From NCBI GenBank assembly GCA_011524535.1, contig WTKD01000014.1, positions 28,519 to 92,518 on the forward strand: a stretch of 64,000 bases of DNA. The letters run 5' to 3'. Shown one piece after another: positions 58,344 to 64,000 of this stretch. The notes below the pieces were generated by a model, which was not told where the DNA came from, searched no databases, and saw only the letters and a list, made by a program, of their open reading frames with translations. Numbering within the stretch: the stretch's first letter is position 1; the number at the start of each line of letters is the position of its first letter. The translations under genes were made by a program, and so were the position numbers. This DNA is from Spirochaetaceae bacterium (GTDB taxonomy: Bacteria > Spirochaetota > Spirochaetia > WTKD01).

Positions 58344-60023
58344 ATGAAGATTCTTAATAAGCCTGGCATCGTACTATCTCCCTTTTTTTGGAAATATTTC
58401 CTAATAAGTACAATTTTTCTCTTGTTTCTAGTCTTCTTTCTCATGCAACAAACCTGCGGACTAATACAATCTTATACTTCCATTGCTGGAGAATATGTCC
58501 TATCTACCGTTGATGACACATTTTTCGCGGATGATTTGATAAAAAAACAGGAAGTATGCGCCCATTTAGGAATATCATATATAAAAAAAGCGAACTCCAA
58601 CGTAAAAATACCTTATACCGAGTACTTATCGGGAAGAATCGAGTATATCTCCGGAGAATATCTCATTCTCTTCGAGAATCCACCCTTTCTCCAAGAAGCT
58701 TGGAGAAAAAGTATAATAAATATAATTGTCATTGCGATTTTTTATGGGTTGACTATAGCCATCGGGATTATAATTGATAAGCGATTTATTATCCGTCCAT
58801 ACACTGCATTGCATGGAGACCTCAAAAAACACCTCTCCAACGATCCCATAACTCCCATTCCTATGCATCCTCAGAGGTTTACAGCTCAAATAGCTTCACA
58901 AATAAATGAATGTATCTATAAACAGCTTGTCGTACGGGAAAAATTTGATGTTTTTTTTCTGCAATTACAAAAATATGTGACCAACTTAAGAAAAAAATCT
59001 CTGTCTTCGTTGGAATCCTCAAAAACTTTTCACACAGAAACAATCCTTCCTGAATTTTCCGAACTTCGATCATGTCTCAGAAGTCTTGGAGAAATGCACG
59101 CCATAATTGTGCAATCCAATCAACTGATTGAATTAATATTCAGAACGTCGAAGATATCTAGGTCTGTAAGAAAACAATTTGATGAATATCTGAAAAAAGC
59201 ACATAATTCTATGTCAACGTTGCAAGAAAATAAGAAACATATCTCAAAAGCGATGCAACGGTTATCTGATTCAAATACTACTTACCTGGGAAAACTACAA
59301 ACAGTGACATTAGAAACTTCAGATTTAGTCACATCTTTTACTCATCATCGCAGCAAAATAGCAAAGATAAAAGAAATGTCAAATAAAGCCCGTTTATTAT
59401 CTATAAACGTTTCGATCGAGTTATCTCGAGATACTCCTAATGTAGAATCTCTTTCTTACACGTTAAACGAGATGCAGGCAAACATGAGAGAAGTGAGCCT
59501 CCAATCACAGCACATGAATATCGAAATGGAATCCCAGCGGATTTTATTAGAGAAAATACATACAATGTGTAGTGATTCAAAACTGAAAAATAATAAAGAC
59601 TCAGAAAATCTTGAAGGGTTTAGTAAATCAGAAGCGAAATATCAAAAACTAATAGATGATTTTGTGTTAACATTCAAATATCTCCAAAGCACTCTAGATG
59701 ATCTCCTCCAACTAGACAAAAATTTGGAACATACCGATACCGAATTGTCCGCCCACCAGGCAAATATGTCCTCACAGTACAAAACATTGAATACATCACT
59801 CGGACTGCTGGAAGATAGAGTCAGTGTATCGTTAAAAGAATCTAAAGAACAAACCAATTCACTCGAAGAAAGCTCTCGAACATTGATGTCTTTGCAGAAT
59901 GATATGAGAACGATGAATGACTTCCTGGGATTCTCCGATGAAGTAAAGGAAACACAACAACCTATTCCAAAAAAAAGCAAAAACAAGTCATCCCAGGCCA
60001 GTGCTCAAAAACACCCAACCTAG
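58344..60023 (+). CDS. Degenerate methyl-accepting chemotaxis protein-like membrane coiled-coil protein
   Basis: Two TM segments, a HAMP-like region and a long coiled coil. MSNKARLLSINVSIELSR aligns to the MCP hairpin. Confidence 0.6.
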   Translation: MKILNKPGIVLSPFFWKYFLISTIFLLFLVFFLMQQTCGLIQSYTSIAGEYVLSTVDDTFFADDLIKKQEVCAHLGISYIKKANSNVKIPYTEYLSGRIEYISGEYLILFENPPFLQEAWRKSIINIIVIAIFYGLTIAIGIIIDKRFIIRPYTALHGDLKKHLSNDPITPIPMHPQRFTAQIASQINECIYKQLVVREKFDVFFLQLQKYVTNLRKKSLSSLESSKTFHTETILPEFSELRSCLRSLGEMHAIIVQSNQLIELIFRTSKISRSVRKQFDEYLKKAHNSMSTLQENKKHISKAMQRLSDSNTTYLGKLQTVTLETSDLVTSFTHHRSKIAKIKEMSNKARLLSINVSIELSRDTPNVESLSYTLNEMQANMREVSLQSQHMNIEMESQRILLEKIHTMCSDSKLKNNKDSENLEGFSKSEAKYQKLIDDFVLTFKYLQSTLDDLLQLDKNLEHTDTELSAHQANMSSQYKTLNTSLGLLEDRVSVSLKESKEQTNSLEESSRTLMSLQNDMRTMNDFLGFSDEVKETQQPIPKKSKNKSSQASAQKHPT

Positions 60024-60074
60024 ATATTCTTTGAGCCTTATTCAGAATGCCATAAACATATATGTCTCTGACAA

Positions 60075-61472
60075 CTAGACCACTTCTATGTTCTTCGCTG
60101 ACTCTTCGTGTTGTGACTGCAGACGCTGTATCTGCATACGAGATACTATAAATGTAGCAATACCAGCTACCCAGTTTATCACAAAAAGACCCCACCAAAC
60201 CCCAAATAAATTCCAACCGAATACATTTGCAAACAGCGGAAACACCGCTAATGGCACCAAGAATTGTCGAGCAATACTTATATAGAATGTAACCGTTGGT
60301 CTTTTTATACCCTGAAGCACACCATTTCCCTGAAAAATCAAAATGTACGAATAAAACGTAAGCGCCTGTATGAGCATGTACTGGCCACCGATAATAATAA
60401 CCTCTTGATTATCAGTAAACAAACGCATTATCGGTAATCGTAATGGTACGACCAATGCAAGTATAAACACCATGAACACGGCACTAAACTGCAAGGCTCG
60501 CTTATAACTCTCCCTTACCCTGTCGAAGCGTTTAGCTCCGTTATTTTGTCCAACAAGGGCACTCAAAGCAAGGTTTATTCCCATGGTCGGTAATAGCGCA
60601 ATCTGTTCAATTCTCAAAGCAGAGCCATAGGCAGCTAGAGCATTTTCGCCACCATATATGGTAACAAAATAATTTATAACAAATGCTCCTAACGCGATGG
60701 TCATCATGCTAAGTGATGCCGGAATCCCCTGCGTTAATATATCCCAACTGTATTTTTTATTGAGTAGAAATTCCCTGGGTTTTGCTCCCTTAAAGGATCC
60801 ATGTTTGATAGAAACGCTTAAAAGATATACAAACGAAAGAATTTGTACCAGTATCGTCGCAAAAGCAATCCCGCCTATGCCCATGGCTGGAATAATTTGC
60901 ACCGATCCCATGTTAAATCCATACATAAACAATGGATCAAGTCCAATGTTTAAGATAGTTCCAACTATGAGGGTATTCCTATAATAAGAAGTCAATCCAC
61001 GTGCATTCAATCCTGCGTTAACTATGTTAACGCCAACAAAAAACACACTCCCAAGTACTACTATCCTCGAATACTCAATGGCATATTCAAGCACCTGCGC
61101 ATTCTCAATTCCAAGAAGCAGATAGAGAGATTTCAAAAATGGCATAACCACAATGATCGCTACAATGTTTACCAAAAGGCCTACACCGAGCGCATAACTC
61201 TGATAGCGAATAGCGTCTTCTTTTTTGTTTGCTCCTATGGAATTTGCTATTAGCGACATAGCTCCCGATGAAATACCGAAACTTAACCCCAAAATAATGA
61301 TAAATATGGGGAAGCCCGCAGTGAGAGCAGCTAGAGCCGACGTTGAGAATCTACCAGCATAAAATGTATCAACTACGTTGTACATAGTATTAAAAAACAT
61401 ACCTATGCTCGCCGGCACCGCTATTTTTAATATCAACTTTGGAATGGATTCTTTGACCAAATCTTGCGACAT
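60075..61472 (-). CDS. MATE-family efflux transporter
   Basis: YNVVDTFYAGR, NIGLDPLF, GIGGIAFAT, VGQNNGAK, about 12 TM segments. Confidence 0.93.
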   Translation of the reverse strand: MSQDLVKESIPKLILKIAVPASIGMFFNTMYNVVDTFYAGRFSTSALAALTAGFPIFIIILGLSFGISSGAMSLIANSIGANKKEDAIRYQSYALGVGLLVNIVAIIVVMPFLKSLYLLLGIENAQVLEYAIEYSRIVVLGSVFFVGVNIVNAGLNARGLTSYYRNTLIVGTILNIGLDPLFMYGFNMGSVQIIPAMGIGGIAFATILVQILSFVYLLSVSIKHGSFKGAKPREFLLNKKYSWDILTQGIPASLSMMTIALGAFVINYFVTIYGGENALAAYGSALRIEQIALLPTMGINLALSALVGQNNGAKRFDRVRESYKRALQFSAVFMVFILALVVPLRLPIMRLFTDNQEVIIIGGQYMLIQALTFYSYILIFQGNGVLQGIKRPTVTFYISIARQFLVPLAVFPLFANVFGWNLFGVWWGLFVINWVAGIATFIVSRMQIQRLQSQHEESAKNIEVV

Positions 61473-61552
61473 GAAAAATTGTATATTTTTGATATGAAAA
61501 TAACAACAAGTGAGTATGTATATTTCAACTATCCGGAATATACCAGTTTCAG

Positions 61553-62284
61553 CTAAATTCTAATAGAACCAGAGTGAATTTTGTGAATCTTCTGGTGGCA
61601 TTCAATGAGTAATTCCCCTTCTTCTGTAATTCCTCGGTGCACTCCTTCGATATATCTTGATTGTGAAAGATCGACTACTATTTTCTTGTGCAACCGCCAC
61701 ATATACGGTTCCAGAGCTGCTGTCCATGATTCTGCGTACACCGTTTCTTCCAGCGAAGAACGTATTTTATGGAATAACTCCAAGATAGGTGGAATAACCC
61801 CGAATTCATAGGCTATAGATGTTGCCGGTTTCTCTCTTTCAACCAAATGTGTCTGCCTACCAATATTGACTCCTATGCCTACAGCGACCCAATCTTTCTT
61901 ATATTCAATCAAGATGCCAGCTATTTTTTTGTCCCTTACAAATACATCGTTCGGCCATTTTATGGTTATTGGAGCAGATTCAGTCCCATAGTCATTGAGG
62001 GCTCTAAAAACCGCCAGAGCCGCCCGCAACGCGCAATGACCGTATCCCGTCGATGGATATCGACGCAGTCTTCTGCCATCAACAAGTATAGTAGTCAAAA
62101 GATTTTCACCAGAAACGTCCTCCCAGGCTTTCCCGTGATTTCCTCTTCCTTGAGTTTGATGACCGGCGATCACACCGGTGCCATTCACAGTATTTGAATC
62201 CAAAATATTGGATGCACAATCCATAGTCGAGGACACTGTATCGAAGGTATATACAGGTCCGTTTAAGAGAGTAGAAACACACAT
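61553..62284 (-). CDS. birA: Biotin-protein ligase (class I, no HTH)
   Basis: SSTMD, QTQGRG...W, KWPNDV..KKIAGILIE, VGIGVN. Start is ATG 62284 or 62320. Confidence 0.9.
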   Translation of the reverse strand: MCVSTLLNGPVYTFDTVSSTMDCASNILDSNTVNGTGVIAGHQTQGRGNHGKAWEDVSGENLLTTILVDGRRLRRYPSTGYGHCALRAALAVFRALNDYGTESAPITIKWPNDVFVRDKKIAGILIEYKKDWVAVGIGVNIGRQTHLVEREKPATSIAYEFGVIPPILELFHKIRSSLEETVYAESWTAALEPYMWRLHKKIVVDLSQSRYIEGVHRGITEEGELLIECHQKIHKIHSGSIRI

Positions 62285-62333
62285 TGTGGTTATTATATAT
62301 TGCAGCGATGGTTTCTTCATGAGACCATACATC

Positions 62334-63329
62334 ATGCGTGTGATAGTCCTCGGTGTTACCGGGTATACAGGAAAAGAACTCATTTCGCTCATGCTCAACC
62401 ACCCGGACATAACAGAAATACTACCCGTTTCAAAATCGCAGGTCGGTGTACCTATCTCCACTATCCATAAAGACATTCCTTATAATCATCCAAAATTTGC
62501 CCCAACTAGGTATCAAACAATATCGCTCGAAGAGGCCCATACGTATACATCATCAACCGTTTTTTCTTGCCTACCCCATCGCTCTTCGCACACTACCTGT
62601 CACGAATTTCTTGATCATGCCCGCATTATCGATCTCTCCGCAGACTACAGACTAACACCAAAAACCTATGAAGCTGTCTATAGTACTTCACCACCTCTAA
62701 TCAATGCTGACCTCAGGGTAGCATACGGATTATGCGAATTGTATCGTGAAGAAATAAGAACGGCGGATGTCGTCGCGGTGCCAGGATGCTTTGCCGGCAC
62801 AGTATTATCAGTGCTTCTCCCTCTCCAGCGAAATTCTTTGCTGCCTAAGTCGGTATCTTGTGTGGCGATGACCGGTATCTCTGGGGCTGGAAAGCAAGCG
62901 AATAACACGTTTTCATTTTGTGAACGCAATGAAAACATCACCGCATATACGCCACTGCATACCCATCGCCATGTATTTGAAATAGAAGAAAAGCTGGACA
63001 ATGCCGTTTCGGTATCATTTACACCCGTGTTGACCCCTGTGCAACGAGGTATCTATGCAATTCTTAGCATGAATGTAGGGAATCCAGAAGAACTCATACA
63101 AGCCCTCAGCGAATACTATGCCGATGCACCATTTGTTGTGGTAGACCCCAAACACATTCCATCTCTATCAGATGTCTTATATACGAATACATACCGTATC
63201 GGAACCTGTAGCGAAAACAATACTCTGCAATGCTTTGCCTGTAGCGATAATCTCAGAAAGGGCGCCAGTGGACAGGCTCTTCAATGCTTCAATATCATGT
63301 ATTCTTTACAAGAACAGCGAGGGCTATAA
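62334..63329 (+). CDS. argC: N-acetyl-gamma-glutamyl-phosphate reductase
   Basis: GVTGYTG.EL, CLPH, IDLSADYRL, PGC, GISGAGK, DNLRKGASGQA. Confidence 0.94.
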   Translation: MRVIVLGVTGYTGKELISLMLNHPDITEILPVSKSQVGVPISTIHKDIPYNHPKFAPTRYQTISLEEAHTYTSSTVFSCLPHRSSHTTCHEFLDHARIIDLSADYRLTPKTYEAVYSTSPPLINADLRVAYGLCELYREEIRTADVVAVPGCFAGTVLSVLLPLQRNSLLPKSVSCVAMTGISGAGKQANNTFSFCERNENITAYTPLHTHRHVFEIEEKLDNAVSVSFTPVLTPVQRGIYAILSMNVGNPEELIQALSEYYADAPFVVVDPKHIPSLSDVLYTNTYRIGTCSENNTLQCFACSDNLRKGASGQALQCFNIMYSLQEQRGL

Positions 63330-63337
63330 CCCAAATC

Positions 63338-64000
63338 ATGACAATTATCAAACTTGGTGGATCGTATTTGAATGATGGAATATCTCTGAATATATGTGCA
63401 GCATTTCTGAAATCTTGCTCCGGACCCATTGCGATCGTACATGGAGGTGGCCATTATATCGATACACTTGCCAAAACAATGAATATTCACTCTGAAAAGA
63501 AAGAAGGCATACGTATTACAAGCCGGGAATTGATGGATGTTGTAGACATGGTATTGAATGGAAAGGTAAATACATGGATAGTACGCAATCTCTGCGCAAT
63601 GGGGCTACCCGCCCTGGGATTTTCTCTTTCCTCGCTGCACATGGCAAAGACAAACCAACAGAATTCCAAAAATTTCACTGGGAGCATCGGATCGATCAAT
63701 ATAAAACCACTACTGAGTATGATTTCTAATGGCATTCTCCCTGTAATTTCTCCCACTGCGATGAATTCTACTGGAGAGGGGATAAATATAAACGCCGATA
63801 ACGCAGCCGCCGATATTGCCGTGGCAACAAAGGCCCATTCGCTGTTGTATGTCAGCGACGTTCCGGGGATAAAAAACGGAGAAACCCTTATTCCTTCTCT
63901 ATCAACCAGCCGCGCCGACGCACTCATTTCCGAGCAGGTCATACAAGCGGGGATGATAGCAAAAATACGAGCCGTACAACATGCTCTACAAGGGGGTGTT
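63338..64000 (+). CDS. argB: Acetylglutamate kinase, 3' end outside window
   Basis: Manual translation: MTIIKLGGS...IVHGGG...GIRITS...NINADNAA...SDVPGI...GMIAKI. It is absent from the ORF track because there is no stop codon in the window. Confidence 0.9.
   Translation, partial: MTIIKLGGSYLNDGISLNICAAFLKSCSGPIAIVHGGGHYIDTLAKTMNIHSEKKEGIRITSRELMDVVDMVLNGKVNTWIVRNLCAMGLPALGFSLSSLHMAKTNQQNSKNFTGSIGSINIKPLLSMISNGILPVISPTAMNSTGEGININADNAAADIAVATKAHSLLYVSDVPGIKNGETLIPSLSTSRADALISEQVIQAGMIAKIRAVQHALQGGV

Noticed and set aside
62178..62476. Apparent 300-nt head-to-head overlap of birA and argC
   Set aside because: This is an artefact of longest-ORF starts; family similarity begins at 62284 (-) and 62334 (+).
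63487..63942. 151-aa minus-strand ORF
   Set aside because: It is antisense to argB, which is open on the plus strand to the window end.
1..64000. CRISPR array, IS element, prophage, defence system or recoded stop codons
   Set aside because: By eye I found no spaced direct repeats and no transposase, integrase, capsid or nuclease-effector genes. Conserved genes are full length under the standard code, and TGA, TAA and TAG all act as stops.

Overview
Gene-dense, standard-code bacterial chromosomal window. It is most likely from a spirochaete: it has the pyrG-lptC-lptA-lptB order, a GEIVG-type YmdB, an LFASG signal peptide on XylF, a DUF4914-like gene and a spirochaete-type HExxH lipoprotein. 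This taxonomic call is an inference. I see no integrase, transposase, prophage or CRISPR array. Contents: a partial pepF, five tRNAs, metE, a pyrC-pyrB-pyrF/E-pyrD operon, thyX, a large TCA cluster (sdhAB-sucCD-sucAB-lpdA-gltA, with no sdhCD), a xylFGH-xylA-xylB operon, lpt genes, lipB, birA, argC and a partial argB. Most notable observations: (1) a pyrimidine operon whose DHOase and ATCase resemble eukaryotic CAD domains, followed by a kinetoplastid-order OMPDC-OPRT fusion; (2) several intact ORFs that have lost their family catalytic or signalling motifs; (3) many apparently leaderless genes; (4) a TA repeat forming a promoter spacer; (5) a candidate five-way-junction RNA upstream of lpdA; (6) a probable ATA start codon. 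All family comparisons come from remembered motifs, not database searches.
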